A DNA stretch of 64,000 nt from a virus (Duplodnaviria; Heunggongvirae; Uroviricota; Caudoviricetes). The stretch covers positions 108,263 through 172,262 of the IMG/VR virus record IMGVR_UViG_3300020429_000539. The stretch is one strand, 5' to 3'. The notes under the pieces are model-generated. The model saw only the letters and a list, made by a program, of their open reading frames with translations. It had not been told where the DNA came from and searched no databases. Position 1 is the stretch's first letter; each line of letters starts with the position of its first letter. Below, piece after piece: positions 1 through 8,289 of the stretch. A program made the translations under genes and the position numbers.

Positions 1-210
1 TTAGTCAGAACGCTCTGAAGGCTCATCTTCTTCTCCTATGCTGCTTCTCTCTATAACTGATGCTGCTCGAACCATAAAGCCGCTGTCGCTAGCGTATCGG
101 TCCATATATGCTTGGACTTGAGATGATTCAGGTCCATAGTCGCGAACAAGCGTCATAAAAACGCTCATGTTTGGTTTATCGTCTTTGTCAGATGTCTTGT
201 ACAAGGCCAC
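1..210 (-). CDS. hypothetical protein (69 aa)
   Basis: Complete minus-strand ORF ending in TAA at 1-3. Part of the co-directional minus-strand block 1-1265, overlapping the next gene by 23 nt. Confidence 0.4.
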   Translation of the reverse strand: MALYKTSDKDDKPNMSVFMTLVRDYGPESSQVQAYMDRYASDSGFMVRAASVIERSSIGEEDEPSERSD

Positions 211-610
211 GGTTTCTTTCCTTTCTTCTGCGTTCCTGTTCTGCTCTGAGATTTATTATCTCATCGGCAGTTAGTTCTTTTACGAATAGATGTAAGCCCC
301 TTGCTTCTGCCGTGCTAATCATATGAGCGGTTCCACTACTTGTCCCGTCATATACTGCGATTACTGCTTCAGCTTCATCGGCCATTTGTTCATTTCTAAG
401 TATGCCAGCGCGACGACCGTATTTAGCCCAGTTTGCAGGCATAACTTCGCAAGGTATATCGTTAGCTCTTGCATAGTCTTCGCCCATGGTGTCAACACCA
501 GTAGCTCCACCTGATATTACGGTTGTTATCAAAAAGCCTGATTCTTCTATAGCTGATTGAAGAAGTTTTGGGTCATCAATCCACCGACTGCCTGCTATGA
601 TTGTCTTCAA
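188..610 (-). CDS. SLOG-superfamily / DUF2493-like protein
   Basis: The motif 'GSRWIDDPKLL...ITTVISGGATGVDTMGEDYARANDIPCEVMPANWAKYGRRAGILRN' matches, from memory, the phage DUF2493/YspA-type SLOG Rossmann-like pattern (GSR..D, hhSGGAxGxDxLGExxA, paNW..yGraAG). Confidence 0.5.
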   Translation of the reverse strand: MKTIIAGSRWIDDPKLLQSAIEESGFLITTVISGGATGVDTMGEDYARANDIPCEVMPANWAKYGRRAGILRNEQMADEAEAVIAVYDGTSSGTAHMISTAEARGLHLFVKELTADEIINLRAEQERRRKERNRGLVQDI

Positions 611-1265
611 CTCTTTCTCCTGCGTGCTTCACAAAAATAGGAAGCAAGTATTGCATCAATATGTTCCATTCGACTTCGTTGAGTTCTGACGTAGGGCATT
701 TGACTTCTATAGAAAACTGCTCAAACTCTCCGATGGTTCGCTCATGTCGAACTTGGGCAAATGGGGACTCATATTTGTTAGCCTTCAAGTTTTCACACTC
801 TTCAACCTTGTTTGAAGGCACAAAAAATGATAAAGAGCCTTCTCGTTGAGCTTCTTCATATCGCTCAAAAAAGACATCAAACTTGCTCCATGGGAGCTTG
901 TATGAACGGTCTTTAAAATCAACAGATTCGCCAGTTTGAGCATTCTTTAGAACCGTGCCACCTGTTCGTATAGCCATTTCATCTTTCTTGAGCATGTTGA
1001 ATAGGTTTTTGAGTTCCGCCCTGTCGAAGTGAGACCCGGTGCTATAGGGAACTACAGGACAGCCTGCTTTGGTTAGAGCCCAACATAGAAGCCTTTGCTT
1101 TTGCGGAATAGTTCGAAACAGTTCATTGTCTATTGGTAGGAGTGTGGGGCTTTTGACTTTGCGGAAATATGTAATTCCGTTCTCCGATATCCAACGCTCG
1201 TGAGGGGCCGTAGCGACCAGCGGAATCGATGGCGATAGGTCTTCCATTTTTACATCTGTAGGCAT
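576..1265 (-). CDS. hypothetical protein (229 aa)
   Basis: Long minus-strand ORF with mixed composition and no recognisable motif. The plus-strand ORFs 601-849 and 323-514 inside it are low-complexity junk. Confidence 0.5.
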   Translation of the reverse strand: MPTDVKMEDLSPSIPLVATAPHERWISENGITYFRKVKSPTLLPIDNELFRTIPQKQRLLCWALTKAGCPVVPYSTGSHFDRAELKNLFNMLKKDEMAIRTGGTVLKNAQTGESVDFKDRSYKLPWSKFDVFFERYEEAQREGSLSFFVPSNKVEECENLKANKYESPFAQVRHERTIGEFEQFSIEVKCPTSELNEVEWNILMQYLLPIFVKHAGERVEDNHSRQSVD

Positions 1266-1369
1266 ACGAACTGTATCGGCTTAAAAGCAAGAAATAGCAG
1301 ACTTTCACAAGAAGGGCTTTGACTGGGAAAGTTTGAATCAAACTACAGAAAGAACCGATTAATGAGATT

Positions 1370-1999
1370 ATGGGATGGTATGCTTCCGCAAAGTCTGATA
1401 TTTCTTCGGATTTCTATAGGGAATCAAGGATTAGGGTCTCATTTGCCGAAAAGCTTAACATGAGTTGGTATCGTCAAGCAAAAACTAAGCCATCAGAGCC
1501 TTTGATCAGGACTGCGCAAGGGCGCTTCAGCTTTGACCGCGATAAGTCTCGGTTTCAAGATGAATGGGCTTTTGATCTAGGCGATTATCAGCGATGGGTT
1601 GTCGATACTTTTCGTATTGAAACATTCATGACCAAGCTGAATGACAGAAACGTTATTTCTCTTCACGTTTACAACTGGCATGTTGGAACCATGAGATACC
1701 AAGAGTTCTGGAAGTTCGGCGCGGATGAACAAGAAGAATGCCAAAGAGTCTACAAGAAAGTTATCGAGACCTGTAAAGAGGTTATTGATGAACTAACTGG
1801 TCCGAAGAATGAAGACCAGCCCAAAACAATTGTTGTCTCGAAGCTGCGTGCAAAGGTGTGGGAAATCGCCCGAGACCGTTTGCCTCGTACAAATATTCCT
1901 CATATTAACTATTACTATGACAAAGCGCAACCAGTAGAAGATTGGCGTAGCTCTATTTATGGTAATCGTTATCCCGCGAAGCCCACAACAGGCTTCTAA
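1370..1999 (+). CDS. hypothetical protein (209 aa)
   Basis: Clean 630-nt ORF in the divergent intergenic gap after 1265. No recognisable motif. Confidence 0.5.
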   Translation: MGWYASAKSDISSDFYRESRIRVSFAEKLNMSWYRQAKTKPSEPLIRTAQGRFSFDRDKSRFQDEWAFDLGDYQRWVVDTFRIETFMTKLNDRNVISLHVYNWHVGTMRYQEFWKFGADEQEECQRVYKKVIETCKEVIDELTGPKNEDQPKTIVVSKLRAKVWEIARDRLPRTNIPHINYYYDKAQPVEDWRSSIYGNRYPAKPTTGF

Positions 2000-2083
2000 G
2001 TTTTCCCTTTCGTGCATTTGGGCCGTGGCAAGCCCTTATTCGCTCTATCAAATACTCGTTTCGGCTAACCATCCTTAGCAGGG

Positions 2084-3118
2084 ATGGCTTTCTTTGTATC
2101 AACTTTTTGCGAAAGGGCAACACCGATGGAAAGACATTTTGTGCAGGCTGCGTCAGACTTGTCAAAGATTACTCGTTTAGACAATGTAGAAATCAGACCA
2201 TTAGATAGATCGGGAATACTTCACTTTGGAGTTAATTTCCCATTTGAAGAGTTAGCAACCTTTGAGCTTGAGCGGACTCAGAAGGACTATCGCTGGTATA
2301 CACAATCAGAAATTAGAGTCCGCCCTTATCGATACGTTGTAGATGAAACAACGAATAAAGGAAATCATCTCTACGAGATAAATGAGTTGCTTACAGTGGA
2401 AGGTATTATGGCGTGGGCAGATGCCGCGTCTGCATCTTTGCTTAACGATATACCTGCCGATTGGGATGGCTATATTCTGCTCGACAATGAAACCATTGCT
2501 CCTGTTGGCGAGTTTTGGGGACGATGGGGCCATACAGGTCCGGCAGATGAGCTTACCGAAGAAGAGATAATCGAATGGGATAAAAGGTCATTGCCTGCTT
2601 TGCAAGGTTTCCTATGGCGCATGAAGATGTCATTCCCAAATGCAAAGATTGCATGGTACCATGTCCCCAAGGCTCTGTTTTATGGCATGGGTCATTGGGA
2701 TAAGCCAGAAGGGCTTATTGGCACTCACGAAAAGCTCAAGAGATTGGTAGCTCTCCAAGATTTTCTTGATGCTCATTCATATCAGGCAGGTCCACGAATC
2801 CCTCATATGCAGGATCCAGACAACAAATACAAGTACCATCATACCAATATGACCATGATGAAGAAATATGCCGCCGAGCTTGGGATCAAGCCGATTGCGA
2901 CATTCTGGATGCAAGGAGCAGGCGATGATGGCGCATGGGACACAGAAACCATGAAGACATGGTTTACTGCGGCCAAGAACGTAGGTATCGAAGATGTTGC
3001 GATTCTAGCTGGCGTGGGACAGTGGAGAGGCTTTAGTCAGTCTTCCAGTCTTCCGCCGGATGCTTTTTGGAATCAGAGGGTTGTTCAGCCTGCTCTTGAG
3101 GCGGGCTATCTGCGGTAG
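2084..3118 (+). CDS. glycoside-hydrolase-like TIM-barrel protein (paralog of 6949-8217)
   Basis: Shares 'LLNDIPADWDGYILLDNETIAPVGEFW' (DxE motif) and 'SFPNAKIAWYHVP' with 'LVNDIPKIVPEDYKGYVIIEYGKW' and 'RLRPNAKWGYHFRIF' of 6949-8217. The start is uncertain because a hairpin overlaps the annotated ATG. Confidence 0.5.
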   Translation: MAFFVSTFCERATPMERHFVQAASDLSKITRLDNVEIRPLDRSGILHFGVNFPFEELATFELERTQKDYRWYTQSEIRVRPYRYVVDETTNKGNHLYEINELLTVEGIMAWADAASASLLNDIPADWDGYILLDNETIAPVGEFWGRWGHTGPADELTEEEIIEWDKRSLPALQGFLWRMKMSFPNAKIAWYHVPKALFYGMGHWDKPEGLIGTHEKLKRLVALQDFLDAHSYQAGPRIPHMQDPDNKYKYHHTNMTMMKKYAAELGIKPIATFWMQGAGDDGAWDTETMKTWFTAAKNVGIEDVAILAGVGQWRGFSQSSSLPPDAFWNQRVVQPALEAGYLR

Positions 3119-3440
3119 GCTCCTCTGTCTTCTTTGGAGACCTGACAGTCTCTTTGATTGCGTCGGCAGCCTCGCCGACCACGCTGCGCGCTTGGGAGGC
3201 GATATCTCCCACAGCACGCTTGGCTTGTCTGGCCTTCTTCTCGGCGGCTGTCACACCTGTTGCTGCTGCGACGGTAGCGCTTGCCATGACCTCTCCGCCT
3301 TTTTTCTTCACAGCTTTGATGGTCTTTTGTCCTTGTTCGCTTTCGATAGCTTGCTTACCTGCAATGGCAAGCTGAGCAGCGTTTGCCACTGCCATGATGA
3401 ATCCAAACACAGCCATAGTGCGTCCTCCCTTTTTGGTCAT
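3033..3440 (-). CDS. small Ala/Lys-rich membrane-anchored protein (uncertain)
   Basis: N-terminal hydrophobic helix 'MAVFGFIMAVANAAQLAIAG' followed by a low-complexity A/K/E-rich tail. It is co-directional with the downstream minus-strand operon. The competing + strand ORFs 3060-3482 and 3154-3375 are Cys/Leu junk. It overlaps the 3' end of 2084-3118 by 86 nt, which lowers confidence. The start may be the internal Met at 3416. Confidence 0.35.
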   Translation of the reverse strand: MTKKGGRTMAVFGFIMAVANAAQLAIAGKQAIESEQGQKTIKAVKKKGGEVMASATVAAATGVTAAEKKARQAKRAVGDIASQARSVVGEAADAIKETVRSPKKTEEPTADSPPQEQAEQPSDSKKHPAEDWKTD

Positions 3441-3478
3441 ACCCTATTGTATCTCCGAGGGAGACCTCTTACGGGTGC

Positions 3479-3859
3479 TTAAAGTCTGAACTGACTTCCT
3501 CGTTTTTCGGATTTCTCGTTGAACTTTTTCCGAATAGCTTCTCCCAGGTCTATACCCGCACGGGCGGCAGCCAGGTCAGCGTAGATGACGGTATCGGCTA
3601 GCTCTTCTGCAAATGCTTCAATACGTGCCTGTGTCCAGACATCATCGTTGCCTCCGCACTCTCGCTTGATTTTCTTGGCTACATTGGCTGCCTCGCCTGC
3701 TTCTCCTGCCATAGCGCCGGACCATTCTAGTAAGTTCCATTCATTGATTCCATGATAGCATTCTTCGCATCGTGCGGTATTGACCTCGCGAAGCTCATCA
3801 AACGAAAGCGGCTTTACATCAGTGTCAGTCGTCGAAGATGTCTGCTGTGTATCTGGCAT
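3479..3859 (-). CDS. MazG-like nucleotide pyrophosphohydrolase
   Basis: All-alpha NTP-PPase signature: 'LLEWSGAMAGEAGEAANVAKKIKR' (EExxE-type metal-binding helix) and 'EELADTVIYADLAAARAGIDLGEAIRKKFNEK'. Confidence 0.6.
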   Translation of the reverse strand: MPDTQQTSSTTDTDVKPLSFDELREVNTARCEECYHGINEWNLLEWSGAMAGEAGEAANVAKKIKRECGGNDDVWTQARIEAFAEELADTVIYADLAAARAGIDLGEAIRKKFNEKSEKRGSQFRL

Positions 3860-4607
3860 TTTTCAGTCTCTCCATTCCGGTTTCAAAACCTTGTTCGCTT
3901 TTCTCAATACATATCCATGACCGTTTACATTTATCTGCGGCGATGGAAGTGGTAAATGAACCTGCACATGGGTCCAGTACTGTGTCGCCCTCGTTTGAGT
4001 AAGTCCTAATAAGGTACTCGAATAGAGGAACGGGTTTCTGCGTGGGGTTGATATTGTCGTGATTAGGATTGGCAAACTTCAAGATACTTCTCGGATATGC
4101 CATGCCTTTATTGTCAAACTGTCTCGTTAAGGGTGTTGGCGATAATGTAGGATGAGCCTTGACGGAGTACTCTTTTTCTTTTCGCCGTTTAGCTTTAGTC
4201 ATTTGAGGATTGTATGTCGGTTGTTTTTGATAGAATACTACGATATCTTCGTGTGCCTTTAATGGTCTTTTGTTGGCATGGACAGAGCCAGTTGGCCTTG
4301 TCTTTTGCCACACGAGACAATACCTGAACATATTTAGGTTGCTGGTTATGAGTTGAGTTGTAAAAGGCTGACTTGCAGTAAAAACCATAGCTGTTGTTGG
4401 CTTAGCCACTCTTTTAAACTGCTCCCACAAGGGCTCAAATGGAATGATTTCATCCCAAGCTGCGATCGTCGTTCCGTAAGGTAAGTCTGCGATAATAAGG
4501 TCTACAGACTCATCATGTATAGATGACATGACCTCTAGACAATCGCCTAAAACCGCAGCGTTAGGCTTCACTAAATCAGGTATAGATTGATGAGTGGAAA
4601 AGTCCAC
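3825..4607 (-). CDS. DNA methyltransferase (N6-adenine/N4-cytosine, beta class, DPPY-type)
   Basis: Motif IV 'IIADLPYGT' lies near the N-terminus and motif I 'VLDPCAGSFTTSIAA' near the C-terminus, the order typical of beta-class amino-methyltransferases. No cognate endonuclease is adjacent. Confidence 0.75.
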   Translation of the reverse strand: MDFSTHQSIPDLVKPNAAVLGDCLEVMSSIHDESVDLIIADLPYGTTIAAWDEIIPFEPLWEQFKRVAKPTTAMVFTASQPFTTQLITSNLNMFRYCLVWQKTRPTGSVHANKRPLKAHEDIVVFYQKQPTYNPQMTKAKRRKEKEYSVKAHPTLSPTPLTRQFDNKGMAYPRSILKFANPNHDNINPTQKPVPLFEYLIRTYSNEGDTVLDPCAGSFTTSIAADKCKRSWICIEKSEQGFETGMERLKNARYTADIFDD

Positions 4608-4840
4608 TAATACTCCTCATCATCCTCGTCTTCGTCATCATCGTCGTCGTCGAAATCATCTTCGTCATCATCATAATCGGCATCATCAAACCAGCCATCG
4701 TCTGTAGATTCATTTTCTACGTTGACAGAAAAGCCCATGTCTTCTAGGCTAGATAGCATTTCATCTAATGCTTTTTTGTAGTCTTCATCGCTGTCAGCAG
4801 TGATTGTTATTTGAGCTAAAACACTCACAAGAACTTCCAT
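4607..4840 (-). CDS. highly acidic small protein (possible DNA-mimic / anti-restriction-like)
   Basis: 77 aa ending 'DDGWFDDADYDDDEDDFDDDDDDEDEDDEEY'. Its stop overlaps the start of the methyltransferase gene as an ATGA junction. Confidence 0.5.
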   Translation of the reverse strand: MEVLVSVLAQITITADSDEDYKKALDEMLSSLEDMGFSVNVENESTDDGWFDDADYDDDEDDFDDDDDDEDEDDEEY

Positions 4841-4872
4841 ATTATCCCTTTCATAAGCAAGTTCATCTTGCT

Positions 4873-5127
4873 TTAGCTCTCTTTTTGAGCATCCCTTCCT
4901 AAATCCTTTGGATTAAAGTTAGCTATTTCTTCTTTGTGTACATACGTGTCGCCTGGATCATGACTGTCTCTATCTAAAAGGACGGACAGTTTGATGTACG
5001 GTAGACACATACCGCACCCACTGCCCGCCCCTGTTTTTTCTAGCGCCTCGTTGAATGAGTATCCGCTATTGATGAGATTCAAAATCTCTCGGAAGGTACA
5101 CTTATAGCAGATACATCGGTTGACCAT
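4873..5127 (-). CDS. BFD-like [2Fe-2S]-binding domain protein
   Basis: Cys pattern 'CICYKCT' (CxC) ... 'GAGSGCGMC' (CxxC) with the intervening 'ILNLINSG..ALEKTGAGSGCGMC' typical of bacterioferritin-associated-ferredoxin-like domains. Confidence 0.5.
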   Translation of the reverse strand: MVNRCICYKCTFREILNLINSGYSFNEALEKTGAGSGCGMCLPYIKLSVLLDRDSHDPGDTYVHKEEIANFNPKDLGRDAQKES

Positions 5128-5882
5128 TATCCGTTAGCTTCTTTCTTTGCCTCAGGCGCATTTTCGTCGATCCACTTCTCGACTTCTTCATCGGTCATGG
5201 CCTGACCCGACGCGCTGCTCACAGCGTAGAGGGCTTCGGCAGAAGCCTTGCCGAGTCCACGAGCGATACCCTTACTGTAGGAGTTGCGCCCTGCGTTATG
5301 GCTTCTGAACATTGCTTGCGTGCCAACTTCATCGGCAGTAAACTGGTTTGACATCGTAGACTTGAAGCCCATGTTCTGACCAGCAGTCACGATATCAGCG
5401 CTTGCGCCCATGAATGCGATAGTCCAAGGACTATCATCGTTGTCCATGTCAAGAGAATCAATCATCTCTTTGATATCTGAACCAGAATGTTCGCGAGATG
5501 CGGTATCCTGCCCATCGGTGATGATGGTCAGGAAAATATCAACACGGTCATCGCCCTCAAGGTCATCCTTAAGGTCTTTCTTGAGGTCAGCGATAGTTTG
5601 TCCGATTGCGTCTCGCAGAGCAGTCATGCCGCCTGGCGAATAGCTGTTTGTGTTGATTTCGCTCAGCGAGTCAACGCTTTCCAGCCAGATGGGCTGGTCA
5701 ACATGGCCGTTGAACGTGACCAGACACACCGTATGCTCTTGTGTGTCGATATTTTCTTCTGCATCAGCTTTGATTTGCTGAACTGTCTCATTGAATCCGC
5801 TAATGGTTTCGTCCCGAATAGAACTCATTGAGCCGGACTCATCAAGCATGATAACGTGGAAGAATTTGACTTTCTTTGACAT
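5127..5882 (-). CDS. von Willebrand factor A (vWA) domain protein
   Basis: MIDAS motif 'FHVIMLDESGSMS' at the N-terminus with downstream 'ITDGQDT' (T/D metal-coordinating loop), the classic vWA topology. Confidence 0.7.
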   Translation of the reverse strand: MSKKVKFFHVIMLDESGSMSSIRDETISGFNETVQQIKADAEENIDTQEHTVCLVTFNGHVDQPIWLESVDSLSEINTNSYSPGGMTALRDAIGQTIADLKKDLKDDLEGDDRVDIFLTIITDGQDTASREHSGSDIKEMIDSLDMDNDDSPWTIAFMGASADIVTAGQNMGFKSTMSNQFTADEVGTQAMFRSHNAGRNSYSKGIARGLGKASAEALYAVSSASGQAMTDEEVEKWIDENAPEAKKEANG

Positions 5883-5963
5883 CGTGTGTTTCTCCTATTA
5901 AAACAAGTCAGTTATTGCGACAAAGGCTACTCGGCTGCGGCTTACAGCCGAATAGCAGAGAGG

Positions 5964-6164
5964 TTATTTCTTGCGTTCGGCAATCTCTTTATCAAGCTTC
6001 TTATCGATGCCTTCAACGAATCCGCCTATTTTATCGCCAACTTCATCATATGCCTTTAGGATGGCTGCACGAGCCTGAGCAATTTTCTGCTGGTTCTTGA
6101 CACCCCAAACGATGAAAATGACGCTAGCGACAGCAAAGCCTGCCGCAAACCAAAGTATACCCAT
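5964..6164 (-). CDS. small single-pass membrane protein
   Basis: N-terminal TM helix 'GILWFAAGFAVASVIFIVWGV' followed by a charged helical tail. Confidence 0.45.
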   Translation of the reverse strand: MGILWFAAGFAVASVIFIVWGVKNQQKIAQARAAILKAYDEVGDKIGGFVEGIDKKLDKEIAERKK

Positions 6165-6226
6165 AACTATCTCCTTTTGCTATACCTGACTATATTCAGG
6201 ACTACCATTCCTTTTGGGCTCTGAAC

Positions 6227-6778
6227 TCAATCTTCCTTTTTTCTTCTGCCACGATTTCGAGGAAGGGGTTCGCTTGTATCTGTTCTCAGCACATAGCCAC
6301 CTTCTCCATCAAAATGACCTGGTTCCCATCTAAGAATATGCCCTCGAATACGCAGTCGTTCTCCGTATGGAGACCGCCCGCCATGACGGGTAAGAGTCTT
6401 GATGTTGGTTTCTAACCTTTTCTGCCAGGGCTGAGCTTTCTTCTCGACAAGCTGACCATTCTTTTGTGTGCGAACCGATTTCTTGTTTTTGAACTTTTCC
6501 CACTTTTCGGGGTCACGGTCTTCAAGTATTTCGGCTGCCTCATTGATGATGTCTTTGATGCGCAGAGGCTCATCGTGATGCATGTAGCAGACTTTGAGTA
6601 TTGCCCAGTACGTAGAGCCGACTTGGGCAGGAATTCGATACATTGTACCGTCTTCTTCTTCGATTGCGTCCAGAGTCTCTTCTTGCCTATTCATAAAGGC
6701 AAAATTGCGAGATTGTGGTTCGACTTCAGTCGGGATGTCTGTCTCGACCGAAGGGGCAGCTTTTTCACTTGATGTCAT
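6227..6778 (-). CDS. hypothetical protein (183 aa); first gene of the minus-strand operon
   Basis: ORF facing the divergent intergenic region 6779-6948. No recognisable motif. Confidence 0.5.
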   Translation of the reverse strand: MTSSEKAAPSVETDIPTEVEPQSRNFAFMNRQEETLDAIEEEDGTMYRIPAQVGSTYWAILKVCYMHHDEPLRIKDIINEAAEILEDRDPEKWEKFKNKKSVRTQKNGQLVEKKAQPWQKRLETNIKTLTRHGGRSPYGERLRIRGHILRWEPGHFDGEGGYVLRTDTSEPLPRNRGRRKKED

Positions 6779-6948
6779 AAATCGTCCTCGTGAGGTTTTC
6801 TTCGTCTACCTACATCATATCCTGATTAAGATTCACTCGCATTTCTCCGTATTCTCCAAAAGGGGAAGGTTTTTGTCAACGAATCACACAAGACCTGAGT
6901 GTGGCTCTTATACCACTTTATCATCTTTTGAGCTAAAAGGAAAATGTT

Positions 6949-8217
6949 ATGACTGACAGTAAAAACACAACCATTTCGGCAGCAGGTTCCGTTGTCAAAG
7001 CTGTAAAAGCAGGAAGCGTAAAACCTATTTCGCAACCTGTTCTTGTCGGAGAACCGAAACGCAGGCTCTCCGTTTATCCAGTCGTCACTGTTAGTCCATG
7101 GCTAAAGGAGTGGCCCGCATCTGCTGAGGACTTTATTGACTTCTCTGCTTTGCCTTTTCATCCCAATCAGGCTATTTTCTATGAATCGAAGCTTGGCAAG
7201 TTCCCTCAAACTGGTCCTGCTGAAGTCCTCGCCGATACTTCGTTGTATCAGGCTCATATGGAAAAGCTTGTCAATGATATCCCAAAGATTGTGCCTGAAG
7301 ACTACAAAGGTTACGTCATTATAGAGTATGGAAAATGGTCACTTCTATGGCATCGTACTCAAGCCGAGTATCAAGATGCTTGGATTACGGCGCTGACTGC
7401 TGCTCAACCTGCTGCGGTGCAAGCCTGGCAAGATGAAGGAGGAGATGCCTACTGGGAAGGCATGGCAGCTTCGTATAACACGGCGGCAAGGAAAATATTC
7501 ACAGACACGATAGCTGCATGCAGAAGGTTGCGACCGAATGCAAAATGGGGATATCATTTCCGCATTTTCGATATGCTCAATCCTGATTTAACTGTAGTTG
7601 ATACAGCCGTGGAAGACAACAACGAACTGTCATGGCTATACCAGATTAGTGATTTTGTATGCCCTAACCTATATACACCTTTCAGGGTTGATTCTAATAC
7701 AGACATGGATAAATACACTATGTCATTCCATGACAGAAGAGCTATTGCTGAAACCGTAGCTGTTGAAGCTACTCGTATAGGTAAAGAACACGGATGCGAT
7801 GTTGTGCCGATTATTTGGCCGAAACATAACAAAAAGGGAAGCCCATTCTACCATCAGTTCTGGAACACAGAAACTATTGCAGCTACTTTGCGGGGACTAG
7901 CAGATGGTGGGATTGATAAGCTCTTCTTCTGGTATGGAATCGGAAGCGAAAAAGATGCTGCACATCTTACTGAGTTCATTAGTACGGTATTCATACCTGA
8001 ATGGAACAAAGTTCTGATTGAATTCAGTGAAACAGACATTCCTGACGACAACGAGGACGATACTAGCACGGAGCCACCAAACAATCCAGACGGAGTGAAA
8101 ATCGATGGTGGCTATATTGTGCCTGAAAAGGCAGGTTTGCGAGTCAGAAGCGACGATGAAAAGATAGAGTTGATGCTCTCATGGGAAACTATAGACCAAA
8201 CTCGCAAAATGATTTGA
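6949..8217 (+). CDS. glycoside-hydrolase-like TIM-barrel protein (GH56/GH18-like DxE-type; hyaluronidase-like pattern)
   Basis: From memory of GH56 hyaluronidases, the pattern 'LVNDIPKIVPEDYKGYVIIEYGKWSLLW', 'RLRPNAKWGYHFRIF', 'NNELSWLYQISDFVCPNLY' and 'DKLFFWYGIGSEKD' parallels 'IP...GVIDFESW', 'RPxAxWGYY', 'SWLF...LPS.Y' and 'DGFIIWGS'. This is not a database hit. Confidence 0.45.
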   Translation: MTDSKNTTISAAGSVVKAVKAGSVKPISQPVLVGEPKRRLSVYPVVTVSPWLKEWPASAEDFIDFSALPFHPNQAIFYESKLGKFPQTGPAEVLADTSLYQAHMEKLVNDIPKIVPEDYKGYVIIEYGKWSLLWHRTQAEYQDAWITALTAAQPAAVQAWQDEGGDAYWEGMAASYNTAARKIFTDTIAACRRLRPNAKWGYHFRIFDMLNPDLTVVDTAVEDNNELSWLYQISDFVCPNLYTPFRVDSNTDMDKYTMSFHDRRAIAETVAVEATRIGKEHGCDVVPIIWPKHNKKGSPFYHQFWNTETIAATLRGLADGGIDKLFFWYGIGSEKDAAHLTEFISTVFIPEWNKVLIEFSETDIPDDNEDDTSTEPPNNPDGVKIDGGYIVPEKAGLRVRSDDEKIELMLSWETIDQTRKMI

Positions 8218-8234
8218 TATTTACTGAAGTTCAG

Positions 8235-8270
8235 CAGAGCCGGTTCTTATTATGGGCCGGCTCTGTTTAG
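8235..8270 (+). terminator. intrinsic terminator (hairpin + T-run)
   Basis: 'CAGAGCCGG-ttcttattatgg-GCCGGCTCTG' gives a 9-bp perfect stem, followed by TTT, immediately after the stop of 6949-8217. Confidence 0.6.
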
Positions 8271-8289
8271 TTAAAGGAGAAAACAAAGT

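Noticed and set aside
2000-2100. Hairpin CCATCCttagcagGGATGG overlapping the annotated ATG of 2084
   Set aside because: It is real as an inverted repeat but only a 6-bp stem. It may simply mark translation-initiation structure or a wrong start. It is not reported as a terminator.
3060-3482. + strand ORFs 3060-3482 and 3154-3375
   Set aside because: The translations are Cys/Leu/Ser-rich nonsense ('CHTCCCCDGSACHD'). The minus-strand frame is more protein-like, and it was itself kept only at low confidence.
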